A DNA stretch of 64,000 nt from Pristiophorus japonicus (taxonomy: Eukaryota): NCBI RefSeq assembly GCF_044704955.1, contig NW_027251843.1:1116001-1180000 (forward strand). The letters are read 5' to 3'. The notes below the pieces were generated by a model. That model was not told the DNA's origin and searched no databases. It saw only the letters and a list, made by a program, of their open reading frames with translations. The position numbers were made by a program, and so were the translations under genes. Numbering within the stretch: position 1 is the stretch's first letter; every line of letters starts with the position of its first letter. Of the stretch, positions 11,888 to 24,419 are shown piece by piece.

Positions 11888-14800
11888 TCATAAGAACATA
11901 AGAAATAGGAGCAGGACTAGGCCATTTGGCCCCTCGAGCCTGCTCCGCCATTCAATAAGATCATGGCTGATCTGATAATGGGCTCAGCTCCACTTCCCTG
12001 CCTGCTACCCAGAACCCTTTACTGCCTTATCGTTCAAAAATCCATCTACCGCCACCTTCAATATATTCAATGACCCAGCCTCCACAGCTCTCTGGGGCAG
12101 AGAATTGCACAGATTTACAACCCTCTGAGAGAAGAAATTCCTCCTCATCTCAGTTCCAAATGACCGACCCCTTATACTTAAACTCTGCCCGCTCGTTCTA
12201 GGTTCCCGTATGAGTGGAAACATCCTCACTGCATCCATCTTGTCGAGTCCCCTCAGAATCTTATATGTTTCAATAAGTTCATCTCTCATACTCTTTGGAG
12301 TTTACAAGAATATGTGGAGCAGGCGTGGAAGTTGAGCTGAGTGCATGATCAGATCAGCCATGACCTTATTGAATGGCGGAGGGGCCGTATGTCTTACACC
12401 TGTTCCTATTTCTTATGTTCTGATTAACCTGCTCAACCTTTCTTTATAAGTCAGCCCCTTCATCTCAGGAATCAACCTTGTGAACCTTCTCTGAACTGCC
12501 TCCAGTGCAAATATATCCCTCCTTACATAAGGAGACCAAAACTGTACACAATACTCTCGGTGTGGTCTCACCAATACCCTGTACAGATGTAGCAGGACTT
12601 CTCTGCTTTTATACTCCATCCCCCTTGCAATTAAGGCCAACATTCCATTTGCTTCCTGATTACTTGCTGTATCTGCATACTAACTTTTTGTGTTTCATAC
12701 ACAAGGGCCCCCAGGTCCTTCTGTACTACAGCATTTTGTAATCTTTCTCCATTTAAATAATAATTTGCTCTTTGACTTTTTACACTCCATCCGTTCATCC
12801 AAGTTATTAATATAGATTGTAAATAGGTGAGGCCCCAACACCGATCCCTGTGAAACCCCACTAATTACTGGTTGCCGACCAGAAAATGACCCATTTATCT
12901 TGACTCTCTGTTTTCTGTTAGTTAGCCAATCCTCGAACCATGCTAATGTATTAGCACCAACCCCGTGTTCTCTTATCGTGTGCGGTATTCTTTTATGTGG
13001 TACCTTATTGAATCCCTTCTGGAAATCCAAATACACCGCATCCACTTGTTCCCCCATATCCACCCTGCACATTACTTCCTCAAAGAACTCCAGCAAATGT
13101 GTCAAACATGATTTCCCTTTCATAAGTCCATGCTGACTCTGCTTGACTGAATTATGCTTTTCCAAATGTCCTATTACTGCTTTCTTAATAATGGACACCA
13201 GCATTTTCCCAACGACAGATGTTAGGTTAACTGGTCTATAGTTTATTGTTTTCTATCTCCTTCCTTTTGTAAATAGGGTCGTTATATTTGCGGTTTTCCA
13301 ATCTGCTGGGACATCTCCAGAATCCAGGGAACTTTGGTAGATTTACATAGAAACATCGGAAATAAGTGCAGGAGTAGGCCATTCGGCCCTTCGAGCCTGC
13401 ACCACCATTCAATAAGATCATGGCTGATCATTCCCTCAGTACCCCTTTCCTGCTCTCTCTCCATATCCCTTGATCCCCTTAGCAGTAAGGGCCATATCTA
13501 ACTCCCTCTTGAATATACCTAATGAACTGGCATCAACAAACCTCTGCGGCAGAGAATTCCACAGGTTAACAACTCTCTGAGTGAAGAAGTTTCTCCTCAT
13601 CGCAGTCCTAAATGGCCTACCCCTTATCCTAAGACTGTGTCCCCTGGTTCTGGACTTCCCCAACATCGGGAACATTCTACCCACATCTAACCTGTCCAGT
13701 CTCGTCAGAATTTTATCTGTTTCTATGAGATCCCATCTCATCCTTCTAAACTCCAGTGAATACAGGCCGAGTTGATCCAGTCTCTCCTCATATGTCAGTC
13801 CAGCCATCCCGGGAATCAGTCTGATGAACCTTCGCTGCACTCCCTCAATAGCAAGAACGTCCTTCCTCAGATTAGGAGACCAAAACTGAACACAATATTC
13901 CAGGTGAGGCCTCACTAAGGCCCTGCACAACTGCAGTAAGGCCTCCCTGCTCCTGTACTCCAATCGCCTAGCAATGAAGGCCAACATACCAAATGCCTTC
14001 CTCACCGCCTGCTGTACCTGTATGCCAACTTTCAATGACTGATGAACCATGACACCCAGGTCTCGTTGCACCTCCCCTTTTCCGAATCTGCCACCATTCA
14101 GATAATATTCTGTCTTCGCATTTTTACCCCCAAAGTGGATAACCTCACATTTATCCACATTATACTGCATCTGCCATGCATTTGCCCACTCACCTAACCT
14201 GTCCAATTCACCCTGCAGCCTCCTAGCATCCCTCTCACAGCTCACACTGCCACCCAGTTTAGTGTCATCTGCAAACTTGGAGATATTACACTCAATTCCT
14301 TCATCCAAATCATTGATGTATATTGTAAAGAGCTGGTGTCCCAGCACTGAGCCCTGTGGCACTCCACTAGTCACTGCCTGCCATTCTGAAAAGGACCAAT
14401 TTATCCCGACTCTCTGCTTCCTGTCTGCCAACCAGTTCTCTATCCGCGTCAGTATATTACCCCCAATACCAAGTGCTTTGATTTTGCACACCAATCTCCT
14501 GTGTGGGATCTAGTCAAAAGCCTTTTGAAAGTCCAAATACACCACATCCACTGGTTCTCCCTTGTCTACTCTCCCAGTTACATCCTCAAAAAATTCCAGA
14601 AGATTTGTCAAGCATGATTTCCCCTTTATAAATCCATGCTGACTTGGACCAATCCTGTCACTGCTTTCCAATTGCGCTGCTATTTCATCCTTAATAATTG
14701 ATTCCAACATTTTCCCCACTACTGATGTCAGGCTAACCGGTCCATAATTACCCACTTTCTCTCTCCCTCCCTTTTTAAAAAGTGGTGTTACATTAGCTAC

Positions 14801-15160
14801 CCTCCAGTCCAAAGGAACTGATCCAGAGTCAGTAGACTGTTGGAAAATTATCACAAATGCATCCGCTATTTCTAGGGCCACATCCTTAAGTACTCTGGGA
14901 TGCAGACTATCAGGCCCCGGGGATTTATCGGCCTTCAATCCCATCAATTTCACTTACACAATTTCCTGCCGAACAAGGATGTCCTTCATTTCCTCCTCCT
15001 CACTAGACCCTCTGATGCATTTCAACCAATGCATCCACTATCTCTGCAGCCACTTCATTGAAGAGCGTAGGATGCAGGCCATCAGGTCCAGGGGACTTGT
15101 CCACCTTTAGTTCCATTATTTTACCGAGTAACTTTTTCTCTCGTGATAGTGATTGTTTTC
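11888..15160 (-). mobile_element. Nested CR1 LINE fragments, including a little-decayed RT segment (13436-14953)
   Basis: The 147-aa and 352-aa ORFs carry GVPQGSVLG, KFADDTKL and RPHLEYCVQFWSP. Several (ttctatgt)n-type tails are present. Confidence 0.93.
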
Positions 15161-15440
15161 TCAGCACAGACTCTTTCACACCCAGAACTTCAATACAAAC
15201 TGTTCTTCAAACGGGTTCCTGCTTAAGGATTCACGGATTTCGGGGGCAGGAAGGTCAGTGGTGGGGGTGCAGTAGGACATTGGCTGAAAGGTCTGATTCT
15301 GTGAGTAGGACTATGTCAAACTGGTGCTTGACTAGTCTGTGGGGCAGCTCTCCCACTTTTGGCACAAGTCCCCAGATGTTGGTGAGGAGGACGTTGCAGG
15401 GTCAGCACTGAGCCTGGGTCCGCTGTCCTAGCCGGTCCGA

Positions 15441-15640
15441 GCTGCTGTTATTCTGCCTTATTGGACAGTTATTATTAGAGACTCAGACCACAGCAGAAAT
15501 CCCCCGTGCAAAAAATAACTGAAGAGACTGTCAGATCGGAAGAATGAAACTTCACCCACAGAGGAAGTGAAAGAGGGAGGTTGTCACAGCTGTACGTTTG
15601 TTAATGACGCGGGAGAAAACTGTGAACCGCGCTCACAGCC
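15441..15640 (+). promoter_or_regulatory. Candidate B-lymphoid enhancer, copy B, about 5.9 kb upstream of the C exon
   Basis: Runx ACCACA 15487; reverse kappaB-like AGAAATCCCC 15495-15504; IRF-like GAATGAAACT near 15542; EICE GGAAGTGAAA 15563-15572; E-box CAGCTG 15587-15592. Confidence 0.55.
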
Positions 15641-15734
15641 TAGAATCTTACAGCACAGAAGGAGGCCATTCGGCCCATCGTGCCTGTGCCGGCTCTTTGA
15701 AAGATTTACCCAATTAGTCCCACTCCTCCTCATT

Positions 15735-18700
15735 TTATGAACATACGAAATAGGAGCAGGAGTAGGCCACACAGCCCCTCGAGCCTGCTCCACCATTTAA
15801 TACGATCATGGCCAATCCGATCATGGACTCAGGTCAACTTCCCTGCCCGCTCCCCATAACCCCTTATTCCCTTATTGGTTATGAAACTGTCTATCTCTGT
15901 CTTAAATATATTCAATGACCCAGCCTCCACAGCTCTCTGAGGCAGCAAATTCCACAGATTTACAACCCTCTGAGAGAAGAAATTCCTCCTCATCTCTGTG
16001 TCCTCTACCGTAAAGACTGATACAAAATCATTGTTCAGAGTTTCTGCCATCTCCATGTTCCTCATCACTAATTCCCTGGTTTTGTCCTCTCAGGGACCAT
16101 CATTTACTTTAGCCACTCTTTTCCTTTTTATATACCGATAGAAACTCTTGCTATCTGTTTTTATATTTTGTGCTCGTTTACTTTCATCGTCTATCTTCCC
16201 TTTCTTAATCATTTTTTTAGTCATTCTTTGTTGGCTTTTAAAAGCTTCCCAATCTTCTGTCCTTCCATTAGTTTTGGCCACTTTGTATGCCCTTGTTTTT
16301 AATTGGATACCGTTCTTTATTTCTTTAGTTAGCCGCGGATGGCTATCTTTTCTTTTGCACCCTTTCCTCCTCACTAGAATATATTTTTCTTGAGAGTTGT
16401 GAAATATCTCCTTCATATGTACGCCACTGTTCATCAGCCGTCCTACACTTTAATCTATTTTCCCAGTCCATTTTAGCCAACTCTGCACTTATACCTTTGT
16501 AGTCTCCTTTATTTAAGCTTAGTACGCTGGTTAGAGATCCATCTTTCTCACCCTCCATCTGAATTTGAAATTGAACCATGTTATCATCACTCAGTCCAAG
16601 GGGATCCTTTACTGGGAGATTGTTTATTAATCCTGTCTCATTACACAGGACCAGATCTAAGATAGCCTGCCCCCTGGTTGGTTCCATTACAGACTGCTCA
16701 AGGAACCCGTCCCTTATGTACTCTATGAACTCTTCCTCAAGACTACCCTGACCAATTTGATTTATCCAATCAATGTGGAGGTTAAAATCACCCATAATTA
16801 TTGCTGTTCCATTTTTACAAGCCCCCACTATTTCTTGGTTTATACTCCGACCAACAGAGTTGCTACTGTTAGGGGACCTATAGACTATGCCCACCAGTGA
16901 CTTTTTCCCCTTATTATTCCTTATCTCCTCCCAAACAGTTTCAACATCCTGATCATTTGAGCCAATATAATTTCTCACTATTGCAGTAATTCCATCCTTT
17001 GTCAACAGAGCTACCCCACCTACTTTACCTTTCTGTCTGTCCTTTCCGGATTGTCAAGGACTCCTGAGTATTTAGTTCTCAGTCCTGGTCACCTTGCAAC
17101 CACGTCTCTGTAATGGCTATCAGATCATATTCATTTGTATCTATTTGTGCCATCAACTCAGCTATTTTGTTATTTAGGCAAAGAGCCTTTAAATTTGTTT
17201 TTTTACCGTTTTTATCTGCTTGTTTCCTCTCTCCTTCAAACTCACTTTCCTTATTTTTGCTTTCTAATTCCAGCTTTACTCCCCTCCCTACTGAATCTAT
17301 TCTCCAGTTCCCATCCCCCTGCCAAGCTATTTTAATCCCTCCCCAACAGCACGAGCAAATGCTCCCCTCGAGGATATTGGTCCCGGCTCTGTTGAGGAGC
17401 AACCCGGTCGGCTTGTACAGGTCCCACCTCCCCCAGAAGAGGTCCCAATGCCTCAGGAACCTAAAGCATCTCGCCTGCACCATCTCTCCCGTCACGCATT
17501 CATCTGCTCTATCCTCCTATTTCTGTATTCACCAGCTCGTGGCACCGGGAGTAATCCGGAGATTAGAGAATACTTAGAGATTAAAGATTCTGAGAGAAGA
17601 AATTCCTCCTCATCTCAGTTTTAAATGGGCGGCCACTTATTCTAAAATTAAGGCCCCTAGTTCTAGTCTCCCTTATCAGTGGAAACATCCTCTCTGCATC
17701 CACCTTGCATGGCCCCTCATAATCTTACATGTTTTGATAAGATCACCTCTCATTCTTCTGAATTCCAATGAGTCGAGGCCCAACCTACTCAACTTTTCTT
17801 CAAAAGACAACTCCCCTCATCTCTGGAATTAACCTAATGAACCTTCTCTGAACTGCCTCCAAAGCAAGTCTATCCTTTCTTAAATATTGAAGCCAAAACT
17901 GCACGCAATATTCCAGCTATGGCCTCACCAATATCTTGTATAACTGTAGCTAGACTTCCCTGCTTTTGTACTCCATCCCCATTGCATTAATGGCCAAGAT
18001 TCCATTGGCCTTCCTGATCACTTGCTGTACCTGCATACTATCCTTTTGTGTTTCATGCACAAGTACCCCCAGGTCCCGCTGTACTACAGCACTTTGCAAT
18101 TTTTCTCCATTGGAATAATAACTTGCTCTTTGATTTTTTTCTGCCAATGTGCATAACCTCACACTTTCCAACATTATACTCGATCTGCCAAATTTTTGCC
18201 CACTCACTTTGCCTGTCTATGTCTTTTTGCAGGTTTTTTGTATCCTCATCACACATTGCTTTTCCTCCCACCTTTGTATTATCAGCAAACCTGGCTTGAA
18301 ACCCCACATGAAACAGCCTTCCAGTCACAAAAACACCCGTTGATCATTACACTTTGCTTCCTGCCACTGAGCCAATTTTGGATCCAACTTGCCACTTTCC
18401 CTTGGATCCCTGGGCTTTTTACTTTTCTGCCATGTGAGACCTCACCAAAAACCTTGCAAAAGTCCATGTGTACGACATCAAAGATGCAAAACTCATCGAC
18501 TCTCCTTGTTATCTCCGCAATAAATTAAATCAAGTTCGTCAGGCACGACCTTCCCTGAATAAATCCATGCTGACTGTCCTTGATTAATATGTCCCTTTCT
18601 ATATGACAATTATTGTTTTCAATAATTTTCCCTCCACCAAGGTTCGGCTGACTGGCCTGTAATTACTCGGTCTATCCTTTTCTCACTTTTCAAACAAAGG

Positions 18701-19920
18701 TACACGTTAGCAGTCCTCCAGTCCTCTGGCACCACACTTGTAGCCAGAGTAGATTGGAAAATGATGGTCAGAGCCTCTGCTATATCCCCACTTGCTTCTC
18801 TTAAAAGCCTGGGATACATTTCATCCGGGCCTGGTGATTTTTCTACGATCAAAGATGCTATGCTCCTTAATACTTCTTCTCTCACTATGTTTATCTCATC
18901 AAATATTTCACACTTGTCCTCCTTAATTACAATGTCTGCATCATCCCTCTCTTCTGTGAAGACAGATGCAAAATATTCATTAAGAACCATTCCCCCGTCT
19001 TCCGCCTCCACACACAGGGTACCTTTTTGGTCTCCAATAGGCCCAAATCTTTCTTTCTTTATCCTCTTGCTCATTATGTATTTATAAAACATCTTTGAGT
19101 ATTCCTTGATTTTACTTGCCAGTATTTTTTCATGCCCTCTCTTTGCATTTCGAATTTCCTTTTTAATTTCACCCCTGCACTTTCTATGCACCTCTGGGCT
19201 TTCTGCAATATTTAGCTCTGGGTATCTGACATAAGCTTCCCTTTTTTGCCATAACCTATCCTGAATGCCCTTTGCCATCCAGGGGGCTCTAGATTTGGGA
19301 GTGCCACCCTTTTCCTTTGTGGGAACATACTTGCTCTGAACCCTCACTATCTCCCCCTTGATTGCCTCCCACTGCTCTGACACTGATTTACCTTCAAGTA
19401 GCTGTTTCCAGCCCACTTTTGCTAAATCACCTCTCAGCTTAGTAAAATTGGCCTTTCCCCAATTGAGAACCTTTATTCCTGCTCTACCTTTGTCCTTTTC
19501 CATAACTACACTAAATCTAACTGAATTATGATCACGAGCACCACAATGCTCTCTCACTGATCTCCCTTCCACCTGCCCAGCTTCATTCCCAAAAACTAAG
19601 CCCAGAACCGCGCCTCCCTTGCTGGGCTTGCTACGTACTGGCTGTAAAAGTTCTCCCGAATGCATTTGAAGAATTCTGCACCCTCTATACCTTTGACATG
19701 ATTCCATCCCAGTTAATGTGAGGGGAGTTGAAATCCCTGACTATTGCTGCCCGATTGTTTTTGCACTTCTCAGCAATTTGCCGACATATTTTCTCTTCTA
19801 TCTCCCTCTGACTGTTTAGGGGTCTATAGTACACTCCCAGCAGTGTGATCGTCCCTTTTCTGTTCATCAGTTTAAACCATATGGCCTCATTTGATGATCC
19901 TTCAAACATATCCTCCCTCT
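15735..19920 (-). mobile_element. CR1 LINE fragments (ORF1 esterase end, endonuclease, RT, tails)
   Basis: GLLLNRAGTNIL (ORF1 end), IAITETWL, VYRSPNS, GDFNLHIDW and EKSPGPDEMYPRLL. Confidence 0.92.
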
Positions 19921-20670
19921 GTCAGAGGTGCCGTCTTTCAGATGAGACGTTAAACCGAAGTCCCATCTGCCCTCTTAAGTGAACATGAAAGATCTCATAA
20001 TCATTATTGGAAGGGCATGGGGGTTCTTCCCAGTGTCCTGGCCAATATTTATCCCACAACTAACATAGTTAAAGCCGATGATCTGGTCATGATCTCATTG
20101 CAGTCTGGGAGCTTCATAGAATCAGAGAAATTTACAGCATGAAAGGAGGCCGTTCGACCCATCGTGTCTGCACTGGCCGGCAAAGATCTATCCAGCCTAA
20201 TCATACTTTTCAGCTCTTGGTCCGTAGCCCTGTCGGTTACAGCACTTCAAGTGTACATCCAAGTAATTTTTAAAAGTGATGAGAGTTTCTGCCTCTACCA
20301 CCCTTTCAGTCAGTGACTTCCAGATCCCCACCCCCTCTGGGTGAAGATATTTCCCCTCAAATCCCCTCTAAACCTCCTAGCAATTACTTTAAAATCTATG
20401 CCCTGGTTGTTGGCCAATCTGCTGAAGGAAATAGGTCCATCCTATCCACTCTATCTCGGCCCCTCATAATATTATACAACTCAATAAGGTCTCCCCTCAG
20501 ACTCCTATTCCAAAGAAAACAACCCCAGCCTATCCAATCTTTTTTCAGAGCTAAAATTTTCCAGTCCAGGCAACATCCTCGTAAATCTTCCTGTGTACAA
20601 TTGGTTGTAAAGCACCTTGGGACATCCTGAGGTTGTGAAAGGCGCTATATAAATTCAAGGCTTTCTTTCA
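19920..20670 (+). mobile_element. Deu-domain SINE fragment interrupted by a CR1 3' tail (-, about 20116-20595)
   Basis: Deu core ggtgccgtctttcagatgagacgttaaaccg. The SINE tail resumes near 20600. Confidence 0.75.
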
Positions 20671-20829
20671 TTGAAGTGGGAGGGCCCTGATCCTGACCCT
20701 CGGCCATTGTCCACGCACTCTGACCTTCCAGGAGATCACGGGATCATTGGGAGCAGTGACCCTGCCTGACCCTGGTACACTGAGGCTAATTGTAGCCTCA
20801 CCCTTGACCTCACCCCAGTATGATTTTGA

Positions 20830-21295
20830 GCATCAGCCGTGGCTCAGTGCGTTGCACTCTCGCCTCTGATTCAGAATGTTGTGGGTTCAAGTCCCATACC
20901 AGGCACTTGAGCACAAAAATCTAGGCTGACACTGCAGGGCAGTGCTGAGGGAGTGCAACACTGTTGGAGGTGTCGTCTTTCAGATGAAATTTTAAACTGA
21001 GGCCTCGTCTGCCCTCTCAGGTAGATGTAAAAGATCCAATGACCCTATTTTGAAGAAGAGCAGGGGTGTTCTCCCCGGTGCCCTGGTCAATATTTATCCC
21101 TCAACCAACATGACAAAAGAACAGATTATCAATCATTATCACATCCCTGTTTGTGGGAGCTTGCTGTGCGCAGATTGACTGCCGTGTTTCCCACATTACA
21201 ACAGTGACGACACTCCAAAAGTACTTCATTGGCTGAAAAGTGCTTTGAGATGTCCGGTGGTTGTGAAAGGCATAATATAAATGAAAGATTTTTTT
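20830..21295 (+). mobile_element. Near full-length tRNA-headed Deu-domain SINE (SacSINE1-like)
   Basis: A-box gtggctcagtg, B-box gggttcaagtccc, Deu core, LINE-type tail and T-run. Confidence 0.85.
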
Positions 21296-21534
21296 TTTTA
21301 AAAACCTTAACTTCAAACGCATTTATATTTATATTAAACTTATCAAGCGAGGCAAAGAAGATTAAGAGTTAGTGTTGCTCACCTCTAATGGTTAATCGCC
21401 AGCCATGAGTTCATTAACCCAACTCTCCGTTATCAGATGTGAATTATCCCCACACGGAAACACCCACAGTGACACACACACACATACACACACATGAATA
21501 TACACCTATTAAACATCCTTCTCCTCCCTTTCAG

Positions 21535-21863
21535 GCCGAGGGAAGACACCACCCACACTGACCCTGCTGCCCCCCTCCCCGGAGGAGCTCACGACCAAGG
21601 GCACTGCCACCCTGGTGTGCCTCGCCGATCACTTCTACCCCGATGCGGTGGAGATGGAGTGGAAGAAGGACGGGGCGACCATTTCGGCCGGGGTCCAGAC
21701 CAGCGACTACCTGCGAGCTTCGGACAACACCTACAGTGTCAGCAGCCTGCTGACCCTCTCTGGCTCCGACTGGGAGTCCAACGCCAGCTTCTCCTGCAGC
21801 CTCACCCACGAGAGCCTCTCCTCTCCCCTCAGCAAGGGAGTCAGGAGAGCAGAATGTGCGTAG
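21535..21863 (+). CDS. IGKC: Immunoglobulin light-chain constant exon, kappa (NS4/type III)-like
   Basis: Acceptor ccttctcctccctttcag, phase 1. Translation RGKTPPTLTLLPPSPEELTTKGTATLVCLADHFYPDAVEMEWKKDGATISAGVQTSDYLRASDNTYSVSSLLTLSGSDWESNASFSCSLTHESLSSPLSKGVRRAECA*. C1-set Cys/Trp/Cys and the terminal interchain Cys are intact. The kappa isotype rests on recalled similarity to nurse shark NS4. Confidence 0.93.
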
Positions 21864-22400
21864 TGTGTCAGGGACAGTCCGCGGGGGAGACGCAACTTTA
21901 AATAGAACAGGGGGTGAGCCGGGAGGGCAAAGGTCATTGTCAGCACTGCATTTCTACTCTCTTCCTTCTCGGGACTGGGTCAGGGAAAGCATCTGAGTGT
22001 CAGGGGGTAAGGCACATTATTGGGGCAGTGTCGAGGGAGCTTTACTCTGTATCTAACCCGTGCTGTACCTGCCCTGGGAGGGTTTGATGGGACAGTGTTG
22101 ACTCGTGCTGCCAAGTAAAACCTCTCGAAAATGCTGAAGACTGTCAGCAGAGTAAAATTAATGTTAAACTACGAAGTGCTGCTTCAGTGAGCAGACCCCC
22201 TCCCTGCTCACCCTGCTGTTACAATTCAAGGTTTAGTCCCCGTTTAAAGGGACAGGAAAATCCCCACAACTGTTTTAATAAAGCTGCATTCTCCCTGTGA
22301 ATGTCTCCAGCTCGCTCTCGCTGGGCTGTTTATTCAAGTCTTGTTTCTGTAAATGTGAATCTGTAAAAGGCAATAAACGTGAATAATATTCAGTCTGTGT
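21864..22400 (+). terminator. IgL 3' UTR with polyadenylation signals
   Basis: AATAAA near 22277 and 22372, the second followed by GT-rich sequence. Confidence 0.65.
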
Positions 22401-22634
22401 CTGGCGAGTGCTTTGGAAATGTCCCACCTCCCCCTCAGCTGGATTGGCTGCATTTCAGTAAGTGTCTGTCCTGATTGGCTGAGTGGGCTGTCAATCAATG
22501 GCATGTCGGCAGGAGATTTGATTCAAAGCCAATTATCAATCATTTTAAAACGATCAATTTGACCTCGAACCCCTGGAGTGCACAAGATGAAACACAGAGA
22601 CACTAAAAGCTGCTGGGATTAAACCATCCCAGTC

Positions 22635-23750
22635 TCATCATATCATCGGCAGTCCCTCGGAATCGAGGAAGACTTGCTTCCATCCTGAAGTGAGTTCATT
22701 TGTGGCTGAACAGTCCAATACGAGAACCACGGACTCTGTCACAGGTGAGACAGACAGTCATTGAGGGAAGGGGTGGGTGGGGACAGATTCGCCGCACGCT
22801 CTTTCCGCTGCCTGCGCTTGGTTTCTGCATGCTCTTGGCGACGAGACTCGAGGTGCTCAGCGCCCTGGCGGATGCACTTCCTCCACTTAGGGTGGTCTTG
22901 GGCCAGGGACTCCCAGGTGTCAGTGGGGATTTGCACTTTATCAGAGGCTTTGAGGGTGTCCTTGTAGCGTTTCCGCTGCCCACCTTTGGCTCGTTTGCCA
23001 TGAAGGAGCTCCAAGTAGAGCACTTGCTTTGGGAGTCTCGTGTCTAGCATGCGGACTATGTGGCCTGCCCAGCGGAGCTATCGAGTGTGGGCAGTGCTTC
23101 AATGCTGGGGATGTTAGCCTGACTGAGGACGCTGATGTTGGTGTGCCTGTCCTCCCAGGGGATTTGTAGGATCTAGCAGAGACATCGTTGGTGATATTTG
23201 TCCAGCAACTTGAGGTGTCTGCTGTACATGGTCCATGTCTCTGAGCCATATTGGAGGGCAGGTATTACTACAGCCCTGTAGACCATGAGCTTGGTGGCAG
23301 TTTGGAGGGCCTGGTCTTCAAACACTCTTTTCCTCAGGCGACCGAAGGCTGCACTGGCGCATGGAGGCAGTGTTGGATTTCGTCGTCGATGCCTGCTCTT
23401 GTTGATTGGTGGCTCCCGAGATATGGGAAGTGGTCCACGGTGTCCAGGGTAGCGCCATGGATCTTGATGACTGGGGGCAGTGCTGTGTGATGAGGGCAGG
23501 CTGGTGGAGGACCTTTGTCTTACAGATGTTTAGCGTAAGGCCCATGCTTTCGTACGCCTCAGTAAATACGTCGACTATGTCCTGGAGTGCGGCCTCTGTA
23601 TGTGCGCAGATGCAGACATCGTCCACATACTGTAGCTCGACGACAGAGGTTGGAGTGGCCTTGGATCTGGCCTGGAGACTGCGCAGGTTGAACAGGTTCC
23701 CACTGGTTCTGTAGTTTAGTTCCACTCCAGCGGGGAGCTTGTTGGCTCTC
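22635..23750 (-). mobile_element. RTE LINE 3' part (RT C-terminus and tail)
   Basis: ELQYVDDVC, GLTLNICKTKV and RLPKQVLY..GKRAKGGQRKRYKDTLK, with a short (tga)-type tail near 22636. Confidence 0.9.
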
Positions 23751-24419
23751 ACTCTGCACACTGGGGTTGTTGGGGTTGCCCCCGATGGTGGGATCGCACT
23801 GTGCACTGTGTGCTGACTGCTGGGGGCAATCTGGGGGCAGGAGGCCACAGTCACAATGTTGCATTCTCTCTCCTTAACGGGTGGCTCATGGCAGCAGCAC
23901 AAAACTGTACCAAGTGAGGCCTCAGCTTCGGGAGAGGAGCAGTCAGTGTATCACCGTGTACATGTCGCTGAGTGTTAGTGTGACTTACCCAGCACCGCCT
24001 GTAGGTGTGTGTGTGTGTGACTGTTACCCAGCACTGTCTGTAGGTGTGTGTATGTGTGTGCAAGACTGTTACCCAGGAGAGGGGAGACCGGGCCGGGGGA
24101 GGGTGGGCTTTATCGGGGGCTGACTGTGCGTGGAACAGGGGGGACCGGCGTGATCGGGGGTTGGGGGGGATCATGGGGGTCACGGGGAGGTCAGGGGCTC
24201 TGGGGGGGACTGGGTGCTGGGTATCGAGGGGGGGGATCCTGTTGGGACTGTGGGGTCGGGGAGGGGTCTCGGGGACCAGGGGACCAGCCAGTCACCACTC
24301 TGCACACACTTTGCTCCCTCTGTGTCTCAGTCCAGTGTTGCAGTGGACAGTTCAGGATCTGAGGCTCAGGCTGGTTCTCCGGCACCATCAGCACCCTGTT
24401 GGGTAAGGGTATTACGGAT

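Noticed and set aside
2138-17570. CR1 at 2138-4590 (+) and 15735-17570 (-) as part of the enhancer inverted duplication
   Set aside because: They insert at different positions relative to the duplicated module, so family similarity is enough to explain them.
23820-23860. Genuine IgH-type J segment (WGQEATVT)
   Set aside because: It lacks the second Gly of WGxG, has an in-frame TGA just upstream and has no consensus splice donor. Kept only as a note in the RSS finding.
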